The notes under the pieces: generated by a model
The model's database searches: none
What the model saw: only the letters and a program-made list of their open reading frames with translations
Told to the model about the DNA's origin: nothing
Translations under genes and position numbers: made by a program
Part shown: positions 47,819-57,605 of the stretch, one piece after another
How the letters are laid out: every line of letters starts with the position of its first letter
Position numbering within the stretch: the stretch's first letter is position 1
Source of the DNA: Clostridia bacterium
Lineage (GTDB): Bacteria; Bacillota; Clostridia; Christensenellales; CAG-138
Assembly (NCBI GenBank): GCA_036651815.1
Contig: JAVVXB010000009.1
Coordinates: 22,117-86,116 of the forward strand
Direction: 5' to 3'
Length of the DNA stretch: 64,000 nt

Positions 47819-49594
47819 ATGAATTTCAAAAAGCTATTCGCCCTGCTGACTGTGGTCCTCATGATCGCAGGATGCTTTGTTGCATGCGCACCCGCTGCAA
47901 CCACCACCCCCACCGAGCCAACCACGGAAGCGGCGCCCGCTGAGGAAGCAACCGAAGCGCCCGTCGTTGCTGCGGAAGTCGTTGATCCCACGAAGGGCTG
48001 GGGCGAATCCTATGACGCCCTGCTCACGCAGATCAAGACCACAACCGATTTTGAAGAGCGCGCAAAGCTGATGCATCAAGCTGAGGACATCCTCATGAGC
48101 ACCGGCGCAATCTGCCCGATCTATTACTACAACGACCTGTATATGCAGAAGCCCACAGTGGAAGGCTTCTATGCCAACGCATATGGCTTCAAATATTTCC
48201 TGTATTGCACCAATGCTGATTCCAAGACACTGCGCATCAACATCGCTTCCGAACCGGATCGTCTGGATCCCGCTCTGAACAGCTCCGTTGACGGCGCCTG
48301 CTTGGCAGTCAATAGCTTTGGCGGCTTGTACACCTACAGCCCGGAAGGCAAGCTCGTTCCGCAGTTTGCAACTGACTTTACCATGAGCGAAGATGGCCTG
48401 ACCTACGTGTTCACCATCCGCGATGGCCTCAAGTGGAGTGACGGTTCCCCGCTGACGGCAAAAGACTTCGAATACTCCTGGAAGCGTGCTGCTAATCCCG
48501 ATACGGCTGCTGACTATGCTTATATGTTCAACGCCATCAAGGGTTACGGCGCACCTGAGGGAATCGACGTCACCGCTTCCGAAGATGGCAAGACGCTGAC
48601 CATCGTGCTGAACGCACCTTGCGCATACTTCCTTGACCTCGCCGCTTTCCCGGCATACTTTGCCGTCAAGCAGGATGTTGTCGAGAGCGCAAAAGGCTAT
48701 AAGGATGCCGCTGGTGCCATCATTGATGCTGGCGCATGGGCAACCGAAGCCGGTTTTGTGTCCTCCGGCGCTTACACCCTCAAAGAATGGAAGCACAACG
48801 AGAGCATGACCTATGTCAAGAACCCCAACTACTACGATGCAGAGAATGTCAAGATCGAAACCATCGAGTATATGCTCTCCGCTGACGATACGGCAATCTA
48901 TGCAGCCTATCAGGCTGGCAACCTTGACTTCATCGACACCGTACCCGCTGATGAAATTCAGGCACTGCTCACCAACCCAGAGTTCCATGTAATCGATCAG
49001 CTGGGTACCTATTACATCGTCATGAACGTAAAATCCAAGCTGTTTGACGGCAAGACCCCCGCCGAAGCAGCTGCGATGCGTCGTGCCCTCAGCATTTTGA
49101 TCGACCGCAGCTACATCATCGAGACCGTTGCGCAGACCGGACAGAAGCTCGCAACCAGCTTCCTGCCGCTGAACATGCTCGATGGTAACGGCAAGGCCTT
49201 CAAGGATGCCGCAAACTGGGAGTATCCGAATGGTTCCGATGGTTACTACAGTGAAGAAGTGGATGTTGAAGGCGCAACTGCTCTGCTTAAGAGCGCTGGC
49301 TTCAAATTCACCGATGGCAAGCTTGATGCTTCCAACCCGATTACCTTTGAGTATCTGACCAACGATGGTTCTGCCCACGTTCAGATTGCAGAGTGCGTAC
49401 AGCAGGATCTGGCGGCTGTCGGCATCACCATGACGGTCAAGTCCGTTGACTGGGATACCTTCCTTGCAGAACGTAAAGCCGGTAACTACGACATCGCTCG
49501 TAACGGTTGGATTGCAGACTTCAGTGACCCGGTCAACATGCTGGAAATGTGGGGCACCGACAGCGGCAATAACGACGCACAGTTCGGCAGATAA
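47819..49594 (+). CDS. oppA: Oligopeptide-binding lipoprotein, apparently circularly permuted
   Basis: Lipobox FVAC plus Ala/Pro/Thr/Glu linker; SEPDRLDPA, 'FTIRDGLKWSDGSPLTAKDFEYSWKR', SSGAY, KNPNYY, GWIADF. Confidence 0.93.
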   Translation: MNFKKLFALLTVVLMIAGCFVACAPAATTTPTEPTTEAAPAEEATEAPVVAAEVVDPTKGWGESYDALLTQIKTTTDFEERAKLMHQAEDILMSTGAICPIYYYNDLYMQKPTVEGFYANAYGFKYFLYCTNADSKTLRINIASEPDRLDPALNSSVDGACLAVNSFGGLYTYSPEGKLVPQFATDFTMSEDGLTYVFTIRDGLKWSDGSPLTAKDFEYSWKRAANPDTAADYAYMFNAIKGYGAPEGIDVTASEDGKTLTIVLNAPCAYFLDLAAFPAYFAVKQDVVESAKGYKDAAGAIIDAGAWATEAGFVSSGAYTLKEWKHNESMTYVKNPNYYDAENVKIETIEYMLSADDTAIYAAYQAGNLDFIDTVPADEIQALLTNPEFHVIDQLGTYYIVMNVKSKLFDGKTPAEAAAMRRALSILIDRSYIIETVAQTGQKLATSFLPLNMLDGNGKAFKDAANWEYPNGSDGYYSEEVDVEGATALLKSAGFKFTDGKLDASNPITFEYLTNDGSAHVQIAECVQQDLAAVGITMTVKSVDWDTFLAERKAGNYDIARNGWIADFSDPVNMLEMWGTDSGNNDAQFGR

Positions 49595-49632
49595 CTCTCC
49601 CCGTTCTTTGCGAAAATACAACGCGTATTTTA

Positions 49633-49665
49633 CAAAAGCTCCGGACATAACGTCCGGAGCTTTTG
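49633..49665 (+). terminator. Rho-independent terminator of the opp operon
   Basis: CAAAAGCTCCGGAC / GTCCGGAGCTTTTG perfect 14-bp stem. Confidence 0.85.
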
Positions 49666-50105
49666 TTAGTCCGCCAACGAAATATCATCGGCAGATCAAG
49701 GCATACTTCCCTCCCCCATCCGTTCCAGCATGGGCGTCATGAACACCAAAAACGGATGTGCAATTAGGAGCGGAAGTTTTGTGTGTTTTGATGGCCGTAC
49801 AGTTTCCAACATCGAAAACAACACTGGATAAATACGATTCGCCACCCGAAAAGCAAGTTGTTAGACAGTTTGACAAATGCTTTATCTCTCTGAACCATCG
49901 TTCGTATGTCTCCACAAATTCTGTTTCAACCCTGCAAAATTTCCCGATTTTCCTGCTTGCACATCTTTCGCTCCTGTTTGCCTGCATCCGCGGCTCTAAA
50001 GACGGATTGTATGAACCGTATTTCAGAATATATTGCCCGGAACGAATTGACACGCTACCACAGTGCGGTCTATCATTATGATATCCTGATGGATGGAGTG
50101 ATTTG

Positions 50106-51185
50106 ATGAAACTATTAGTAATCAATCCCGGAGCAACTTCCACGAAGATTGCCGTGTTCGAAGACGAGCAAGAGATCTTTCGTAAAAGCATTGCACACGC
50201 CGAAGCAGAGCTTGCCCAATTTTCCCACATCATCGATCAACTAGATGTCCGTATGACGCTGGTCAAGCAAGTTTTGGCCGAAAGCGGATTTGCCGTGGGG
50301 GACTTTGACGCCATCTGTGGGCGCGGCGGCCTGCTGCGCCATATTCCATCCGGCACCTACTGCATCGATGACCACGTCATCCACGACATCTACAATCCCC
50401 CTTATGGTGAACATGCCAGCTCACTTGGACCGGTTATGGCAAAGACCTTGGCCGACAGCGCTGGGATTCCCTCGTATCTGGTAGATCCAGTGTCCGTTGA
50501 CGAACTGACCGATGTAGCCCGTATCTCTGGTTTTGCGGGCATGGAGCGAGAGAGTTTTTTTCATGCGCTCAACCAAAAAGCCACCGCCCGTAAGGCTGCT
50601 GCACAGCTTGGCCATGCCTACGAGGAAGTTAATCTGATCGTCGTCCACATGGGCGGCGGCGTATCGGTCGCAGCCCATCAGCGAGGACGTGTGGTGGATA
50701 TGTTCAATGTCAAGGATGATGGCAGTTTCTCCATTGACCGCGGCGGCGCGCTGCCCGTCAACGCGGTGATCAATCTTTGTTTCAGCGGCAAAACCAAGGC
50801 AGAAATCAAACGCATGCTGGGTACGGAAGCGGGCGTTTTCAGTTATCTTGGCACGCGCGATTTCCGCGAGGTTGAAACGCGCGCCTTCTCTGGCGATACG
50901 CACGCCCGACTGATCTTCGATGCCATCGCCTATCAGCATGCCAAGGACATCGGTGCAATGGCTGCTGTGCTACACTATGATATTGACGCGATTGTCTATA
51001 CCGGTGGCATCGCTTTTTCCGACCGTCTGTGCGACGCCATCACCGAATATGTTGGTCAGCTTGCGCCTATCCTACGTTTGCCAGGCGAGGAAGAGATGCG
51101 CGCGCTAGCAGACGGCGCGCTACGCGTTTTACGAGGGGAGCCAGCAAAAGACTATTCGCAATTTTTCCCGCGGCCAACTGCATGA
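50106..51185 (+). CDS. buk: Butyrate/branched-chain carboxylate kinase (divergent)
   Basis: INPGATSTK, GRGGLL, VDPVSVDE, HALNQKA, HMGGGVSV, TGGIA, PGEEEM. Confidence 0.9.
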   Translation: MKLLVINPGATSTKIAVFEDEQEIFRKSIAHAEAELAQFSHIIDQLDVRMTLVKQVLAESGFAVGDFDAICGRGGLLRHIPSGTYCIDDHVIHDIYNPPYGEHASSLGPVMAKTLADSAGIPSYLVDPVSVDELTDVARISGFAGMERESFFHALNQKATARKAAAQLGHAYEEVNLIVVHMGGGVSVAAHQRGRVVDMFNVKDDGSFSIDRGGALPVNAVINLCFSGKTKAEIKRMLGTEAGVFSYLGTRDFREVETRAFSGDTHARLIFDAIAYQHAKDIGAMAAVLHYDIDAIVYTGGIAFSDRLCDAITEYVGQLAPILRLPGEEEMRALADGALRVLRGEPAKDYSQFFPRPTA

Positions 51186-51237
51186 CGGCACCCCATCTAT
51201 TAAAAATATGATATCGCTCGATTGGAGGCTTGCAACT

Positions 51238-52989
51238 ATGGAACAACAACTCTTGACCGGCAACGAGGCCGTGGCACGCGGCGCTTATGAAGCAGGCGTA
51301 CGGATATGCTCCGCCTATCCTGGTACACCCAGCACAGAGATTTTTGAAAATCTACCCCAGTATCACAATGTGCTGTATGCGGAATGGGCACCCAACGAAA
51401 AAGTCGCGGTTGAGGTTGCTTATGGCGCTTCCATTGCCGGCGCACGTTCACTGGCCGCCATGAAACATGTCGGCGTAAATGTAGCTGCCGATCCCATCTT
51501 TACCGCAGCCTACAATGGCGTTGGCGGTGGATTCGTCATTGTCTCGGCGGACGATCCCGACATGCATTCCTCCCAGAATGAGCAGGACAACCGCTATTAC
51601 GCAAAGTTTGCAAAGCTCGCGATGATTGAACCTTCCGATTCTCAGGAATGTAAGGATTTTATGCAGGAAGCCTATGCGGTTTCCGAACGCTTCGACATTC
51701 CGGTGCTGTTTCGTCTGACCACGCGGGTCTGCCACAGCAAAAGTCTCGTGACCATCGGGGAGCGTACCGAACAAACCTATGCCCCCTATCAGCGCAACGT
51801 AGCCAAATATGTCTGCACGCCGGCCAACGCCAAACGACATCATCCACGTCTTGAAAAAAGGCTGAAGGAACTGTTCGAATATGCCAATACCAGCCCGCTC
51901 AACGTCATGGAACTCAATGGACGAAAGACGGGCGTAATCAGCGCCTCCATCGCCTATCAATACGCAAAAGAGGTTTTCCCAGCCGATACCTCCTTCCTGA
52001 AGCTTGGTTTTACCAATCCGCTGCCCATGGATCTCATTCGAGATTTTGCCGCACGCGTGGATACACTGTATGTGATCGAAGAATTGGAACCCTTTATGGA
52101 GGAACAGATCCAAGCGGCCGGAATTGCCTGCACCGGTAAAGCCTTGATTCCCAACATGTTTGAACTGAACCCGGAGGTTGTCCGCCGGAGCATATTTGGC
52201 ACAGAGCCTGCCACCGTCCAAGTGGATTCCGACATCGTCGCCCGACCGCCCGCGCTCTGCCCCGGCTGTCCTCACCGCGGTTTCTTCTACACGATGAGCA
52301 AACATAAGAATTTCATCATAGCCGGTGACATCGGTTGCTATACCCTCGGTTGTTCCGCCCCATTGTCCGCCATGGATTCCGTAGTCTGCATGGGTGGTGG
52401 ATTCTCGGTCGCCATGGGCATGTCCAAGGCGTTCGAAGCCGTTTCTGATACAACGCACAAAATTTTCGGTGTGGTCGGTGACTCCACTTTTTTTCACAGC
52501 GGCATGACCGGTGCGGCGGAAATTATCTATAACAAGGGTCGGTTGATTCCCTGCGTATTGGATAATTCCATCACGGGCATGACTGGACATCAGGAAAATC
52601 CAGGTAGCGGCATGACGCTCAACGGGGAAATTGCCGACAGAATCGTCATTGAGGACGTACTTACCGCTTTCGGCTATCAACAAATATTTATCGTTGACCC
52701 GCAGGACCTAAACGCCATGCAGAAGGCCGTGGACGATGCGCTTGCGGCAACCGAACCGGCCGCCATCATTGCGCGGCGACCCTGCCTACTGATCAAACGG
52801 ATGCATCACAAAATCGGTCTGTGCGAGGTTAACCCACAAACATGCCGCGGCTGCAAAAAGTGTCTCTCTGTCGGCTGTCCGGCCGTCTGTATCCACAACG
52901 GAAAATCGGTCATTGACCCGACGCTCTGCGTTGGCTGCACGGTGTGCGCGCAGGTTTGCCCATTCCATGCCATTGAAAAAGTGAGGTAA
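51238..52989 (+). CDS. iorA: Indolepyruvate:ferredoxin oxidoreductase alpha subunit
   Basis: GNEAVARG, YPGTPSTE, NEKVA, KHVGVNVAAD, SSQNEQD, LCPGCPHR, GDIGCY, GDSTFFHSG, C-terminal 2x[4Fe-4S]. Confidence 0.95.
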   Translation: MEQQLLTGNEAVARGAYEAGVRICSAYPGTPSTEIFENLPQYHNVLYAEWAPNEKVAVEVAYGASIAGARSLAAMKHVGVNVAADPIFTAAYNGVGGGFVIVSADDPDMHSSQNEQDNRYYAKFAKLAMIEPSDSQECKDFMQEAYAVSERFDIPVLFRLTTRVCHSKSLVTIGERTEQTYAPYQRNVAKYVCTPANAKRHHPRLEKRLKELFEYANTSPLNVMELNGRKTGVISASIAYQYAKEVFPADTSFLKLGFTNPLPMDLIRDFAARVDTLYVIEELEPFMEEQIQAAGIACTGKALIPNMFELNPEVVRRSIFGTEPATVQVDSDIVARPPALCPGCPHRGFFYTMSKHKNFIIAGDIGCYTLGCSAPLSAMDSVVCMGGGFSVAMGMSKAFEAVSDTTHKIFGVVGDSTFFHSGMTGAAEIIYNKGRLIPCVLDNSITGMTGHQENPGSGMTLNGEIADRIVIEDVLTAFGYQQIFIVDPQDLNAMQKAVDDALAATEPAAIIARRPCLLIKRMHHKIGLCEVNPQTCRGCKKCLSVGCPAVCIHNGKSVIDPTLCVGCTVCAQVCPFHAIEKVR

Positions 52990-52994
52990 GTACC

Positions 52995-53591
52995 ATGACG
53001 AATGAAGTAACAAGCATTTTGTTGGCCGGTGTGGGCGGTCAGGGCACCATTCTTGTGAGCAAAGTGCTGACCCTCGGCCTCATACGCGCTGGCTATGACG
53101 TGAAAATGAGCGAAATCCATGGTATGGCGCAGCGCGGCGGCTCGGTGAGTACGCAGGTGCGCTATGGCAGGAAGGTTTGTTCCCCCATCATTGGCGGGGG
53201 CGAGGCCGATGTACTGGTTGCATTTGAAAAGATGGAAGCCGTCCGCTATGCACGGTACTTAAAGCCCTCCGGTGCAGTGGTCATCAATGAATATGAAATC
53301 ATGCCCATGACCGTCGCCAACGGCAGCGCGTCCTATCCCGAAGGAACCATTGAAGCCATGCGAAAAGCTTTCCCCGGAGCGGGACGCTGCGTGACCTTGC
53401 CTGCCGCGGCGATTGCGACGGAACTTGGTAGCCCACGCTGTATGAACATTGTCCTCTTCGGGGCATTGGTGCAGATGCTGGGTCTCAACGGTATCGATTG
53501 GAACGAAATATTATCCGAAATTCTACCAGAGAAGGTGCTGGAGCTGAATCGAAAGGCATTCCGCGCCGGGCAGGAGGCATGCAATGGTTAA
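52995..53591 (+). CDS. iorB: Indolepyruvate:ferredoxin oxidoreductase beta subunit
   Basis: GVGGQG, SEIHGMAQRGGSV, 'NRKAF'. Confidence 0.95.
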   Translation: MTNEVTSILLAGVGGQGTILVSKVLTLGLIRAGYDVKMSEIHGMAQRGGSVSTQVRYGRKVCSPIIGGGEADVLVAFEKMEAVRYARYLKPSGAVVINEYEIMPMTVANGSASYPEGTIEAMRKAFPGAGRCVTLPAAAIATELGSPRCMNIVLFGALVQMLGLNGIDWNEILSEILPEKVLELNRKAFRAGQEACNG

Positions 53592-54786
53592 TCACGACAT
53601 GCTCGCACTGGGTACTTGCCGTAGCGCCATACGCGATATGTTTGAATATGGACGGCAGCGCGCCAAGATTATCGGTGCTGAAAACGTATTTGATTTTTCA
53701 TTGGGCAATCCGTCCGTTCCTCCCCCGGATGCCGTGACCGAAGCATTTTTGGACACTCTGAAAACCGGCTCTCCCATCGACATCCATGGCTATACCAGTG
53801 CGCCGGGCGCGGACGATGTGCGCGACGCCATTGCCCGCAATCTGAATTTTCGCTACGGCACGGATTTTACCAGCCGCAACCTCTATCTCACGTGCGGCGC
53901 AGCCGCGGCGCTGACCTGCGTATTTCGCGCACTGACGCTGCACCCGCAGACGGAATTTATTGCGTTTGCCCCTTATTTTCCGGAATATGCATGTTTTTGT
54001 GCCACCGGTGGCGCGAAGCTCCGTGTCATTCCGGCGGACACTGCGCAATTTCAGATTCGGTTTGATGCATTGGAGCAGGCCATTACCCCCGAGACACAGG
54101 GCGTGATCCTCAATTCCCCCAATAATCCATCCGGAACAATCTATGGGTCAGAAACGATACGCCGCCTTGCCACACTGCTGACGGAAAAAAGCCGCGACTA
54201 CGGTCATCCGATCTATCTAATATCCGATGAACCGTACCGGGAACTGATCTACAGTGGTGAACCCTACCCACTTCCAACACAATACTACGCCAACACGATT
54301 ATCTGCTATTCGTACTCAAAGAGTCTGTCGCTGCCCGGAGACCGTATTGGATACATTCTACTCGGCAATGCGGTCGAGCAGTTTGAGGACGTATTCAGCG
54401 CCTTTGCTGGTGCCGCTCGAAGCCTTGGTTATGTTTGCGCACCCAATATTCTGCAGCAGGTCGTCAAACGTTGCTCCTATCTGGACGTGCAGCCCGATCT
54501 TACGCCTTATCGAAAGAACCGTGATGCCCTGCAATCGGGTCTGACTGCCGCCGGCTACCGTTGTGCACCGCCGGACGGTGCGTTCTATCTATTTATAGAA
54601 GCGCCCGGCGGCGATGGAGATGCCTTCTGCGCTGCTGCACGTCAGCAGGATGTGCTGCTGGTTTCCGGGAAATCGTTCGGATGCCCAAGTTTTGTTCGGC
54701 TTTCCTACTGTGTTTCCTACGAAACCATTTTGGGTGCACTGCCACGGCTACGCACGCTGTACCCAAGCGTTGCAAAGAATGCTTAA
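53584..54786 (+). CDS. PLP-dependent class I/II aminotransferase
   Basis: 'FDFSLGNP', NSPNNPSG, SDEPY, SYSKSLSLPGDRIG (PLP lysine); overlaps the iorB stop. Confidence 0.93.
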   Translation: MVNHDMLALGTCRSAIRDMFEYGRQRAKIIGAENVFDFSLGNPSVPPPDAVTEAFLDTLKTGSPIDIHGYTSAPGADDVRDAIARNLNFRYGTDFTSRNLYLTCGAAAALTCVFRALTLHPQTEFIAFAPYFPEYACFCATGGAKLRVIPADTAQFQIRFDALEQAITPETQGVILNSPNNPSGTIYGSETIRRLATLLTEKSRDYGHPIYLISDEPYRELIYSGEPYPLPTQYYANTIICYSYSKSLSLPGDRIGYILLGNAVEQFEDVFSAFAGAARSLGYVCAPNILQQVVKRCSYLDVQPDLTPYRKNRDALQSGLTAAGYRCAPPDGAFYLFIEAPGGDGDAFCAAARQQDVLLVSGKSFGCPSFVRLSYCVSYETILGALPRLRTLYPSVAKNA

Positions 54787-55058
54787 AATTCGCCCGCAGC
54801 TTTCTTATATATTTTAATTTTCTTGTGCTATGAGGCATCCGTTTGAAGACGTGCCCGCGCGATTCATATACGCGATCAGCCAAACGAACACATTGCCCCG
54901 GCAGTGAAGCGGATTGACGCTTTGCTGACCGGGGTGCTATTTGTAGAAGTGTCATGCGCGCAGCAACTTGCTGTTAAGACGCAAAGTTGCGCACTACGCC
55001 GCTGTTGATGCAAAATAATTCACTTGCCCTCACTGTTTTGGACCGATATGATAGACTC

Positions 55059-56234
55059 ATGAAAAAAATTATCATGGCCCTGATAACCTTTGCTTGGCTG
55101 TTCATCGCCGGCTGTTTTCCCGCGCTGAATCCGGTGGATTCCAAGACCAGCGAAATGGTATCGCCACCCGCAGTAGCGGAATCCCCCGCGCCTTTCCACT
55201 CACCCAATCCAGCCCGCGATACGGAGCTTCTTACACATACACAAATTGCCGGGCATATAAGCAACCAACAGGTGCTGGCGGTTATGCGTTATCTGGACGG
55301 CAAGTTTATGTCGGCTTGTGATCCACAGCATGATTATCTCAGTTGGTTGGCCAGCTTCGACGATCGTCCGGTTCGGTTTTATCGGTCGCTTCCCTTCGGG
55401 CAGGGCGCACTGGTGCTGGCCATGGAACCGGGGGACGGCGAAACTGATGCGGAACTTTTTTATGTTGTCGATGACGTGGTAATAGCGCAGACCGATTCTG
55501 CCGATTGCTGGTCTGTTGATATGGTGCGCTTTCTGGATAAGACCATCGTATTTGGCACATCATTTGCGTACGAATCCGACACAACCGATATTACTGCCAC
55601 ATTTTTCGATGGTCAGCAGGTGTCTCAGTCCTTACTGTTTCAGACCAAGCAGCCCGGTATGAGCCAAGGATACATTTTGGTTGCTGATGGCATGCCGGAT
55701 TTACAAACCATATCCATTGCAAACAACGGCGTTTCTGTCTCCGACCAGGAGGAGTTCCTCTTTGGTCTTGGTTGCGCGAACTATGCATGGGCTGGCACGC
55801 CTTGCAATATTTTCTACATTACGCACCTGTGCACCTTTGTCGCCGCCGGGCAGCCAAAGGAACCAGTGCCCCAAATCACGCTCAGCGGCAATGCAAGCGG
55901 CATCTGCGACTTTGATTTTTCGGGTTATTCCAAAGAGGTTGATCATTGGAAAGCATCAGATGCATGGCGGAACAACAATGCCTTGTATTGCAGCACCAGT
56001 GTATCGGTCGGCACGGTATTGACAATGAACCACCTGCCCGCCGATATCACCCGCGCGTATCTGGTTTTTCCTGAGTTCGATGACGGCACTGAAGCAGGTA
56101 TAAATCGAGCCGTCGAAGACATCTTATTACAAAACAACAGCATAACCATCCCGGATCTTACCGGCCATACTGAAATCCGCTTTGTTATTGAAACCCCCAC
56201 AACTGCAAACGTGCTGACACTCAGCGTTCACTGA
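55059..56234 (+). CDS. Hypothetical lipoprotein
   Basis: MKKIIMALITFAWLFIAGC lipobox, Pro-rich linker; TTGCCC-N17-TATGAT promoter ends 6 nt before the ATG. Confidence 0.7.
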   Translation: MKKIIMALITFAWLFIAGCFPALNPVDSKTSEMVSPPAVAESPAPFHSPNPARDTELLTHTQIAGHISNQQVLAVMRYLDGKFMSACDPQHDYLSWLASFDDRPVRFYRSLPFGQGALVLAMEPGDGETDAELFYVVDDVVIAQTDSADCWSVDMVRFLDKTIVFGTSFAYESDTTDITATFFDGQQVSQSLLFQTKQPGMSQGYILVADGMPDLQTISIANNGVSVSDQEEFLFGLGCANYAWAGTPCNIFYITHLCTFVAAGQPKEPVPQITLSGNASGICDFDFSGYSKEVDHWKASDAWRNNNALYCSTSVSVGTVLTMNHLPADITRAYLVFPEFDDGTEAGINRAVEDILLQNNSITIPDLTGHTEIRFVIETPTTANVLTLSVH

Positions 56235-56384
56235 CTCACCCTCACGAAATCGCTCTCCCCTCGATCAGAACAGTAGCGCTCTGGCGATGCTCCTGAACCA
56301 ATTCACAACTCTTCCGGCAGGCTGGCGACAGAATTTTTAGGCTGTTGCCTTTTGATTGTTAGGCCGCGGCTCTCTTTGTGTTTT

Positions 56385-57605
56385 CTACAGTAGCCAGAGT
56401 AGCAGCGCGGCAGCAAGCGTCACAGTTCCATACAGTGCCCGCTGCGCGCCATCCCGCAGGAACAGGCGGGAATACAGTACAATGGCCGTTAAAAACAGTA
56501 GGTACGCAAATGCGTCCGGCGTGCGTACGCGCATTGTCCAATCTCCGCCTGCATTCGAAACCGCCACAATCAAATTGAGCGCAAACCGTCCCGGTATTGC
56601 AATGATTTCGGCAATCGGCAACGATAAAAACGACACGACTGTAGCCAAAAATGCAGGCACTAGGAAAAATGGCGCCATCGGTAGCACAAATAAATTTGTC
56701 AATAGAGACATAAAGGACAGCTCGCGAAAATGCAACGCCATTGCCGGCGCAGTTGCCACAACGACCGCGCAGGATCCCGCAATGAGTCCTGCCGCAGTGC
56801 TGCCAAATCGCGCAAGCGGACGTGCAAACAACGGCTCCAGCAACATTAGCCCATACACTGCCAGAAACGAGAGCTGAAACCCTGTTCGAAATAACGTCAG
56901 TGGATTGACGCCCACGATCACTATAAATGAAAATGCCAGTGCGCTTGGCCCATCCGGTCTCCGGCGCAAAGGAAACGCCAAATACCAATAGAGCAGCATC
57001 AACGAGGCTCGTAGCACGGAGGCCGAAAATGCCGTCAGCGCGGCATATCCTGCACAAAATATCGCCACCGCTGCAAACCGCACCCAAGGATTCCGCCGGA
57101 ACAGCAGCGCAAGCGCGCCCGCCAGCACCGAAACGTGCAGCCCTGACACCGCCAGCAGGTGCAGCACGCCCACGCGCCCAAATTGCTCCATCGTCGCCGC
57201 ATCAATATCATCCTTTTCTCCAAGCAGCATGCCCTTAGCCACTGCGCCATTTTCCGGAAACAGCAACCGAATTCTTTCGCCGACCAAATCACGCACCGTA
57301 CAGAATCCTGCAGATACACGCGGTTGTGAAACGGTAACAACCGGTCCGCTTTTCGGGATCGTTCCGTCCGCAGGCAGGTGAAACGCCGCATTCAATAGCC
57401 CAAGCGCCATACAACAAAACAACAGCAGGAACCGCCGCTTATGAAAAATCGCCGCACTCAATGCAACCATCAGCAGTAGCGCCGCCGCAAGAACGGCCTG
57501 TTCCGTTGCGATAATCCGAATCATGAGTACGCCAAGCAACAGCCCAATTGCAATGATGCATAGGGGACGTTCGTGAAACCAAACGTTTTTCTGACAACTC
57601 TTCAA
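56385..57605 (-). CDS. comEC: ComEC/Rec2-family protein, competence domain only
   Basis: 'GMLLGEK', 'HLLAVSGLHV', 'SVLRA', 'GFQLSF'; no OB-fold-sized region and no C-terminal beta-lactamase domain. Confidence 0.85.
   Translation of the reverse strand: MKSCQKNVWFHERPLCIIAIGLLLGVLMIRIIATEQAVLAAALLLMVALSAAIFHKRRFLLLFCCMALGLLNAAFHLPADGTIPKSGPVVTVSQPRVSAGFCTVRDLVGERIRLLFPENGAVAKGMLLGEKDDIDAATMEQFGRVGVLHLLAVSGLHVSVLAGALALLFRRNPWVRFAAVAIFCAGYAALTAFSASVLRASLMLLYWYLAFPLRRRPDGPSALAFSFIVIVGVNPLTLFRTGFQLSFLAVYGLMLLEPLFARPLARFGSTAAGLIAGSCAVVVATAPAMALHFRELSFMSLLTNLFVLPMAPFFLVPAFLATVVSFLSLPIAEIIAIPGRFALNLIVAVSNAGGDWTMRVRTPDAFAYLLFLTAIVLYSRLFLRDGAQRALYGTVTLAAALLLWLL

Noticed and set aside
47834-49648. 604-aa antisense ORF over oppA (also the long antisense ORFs over hppA, iorA and oppF)
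   Set aside because: Shadow ORFs expected from strong codon bias on the sense strand; no RBS and no recognisable motifs.
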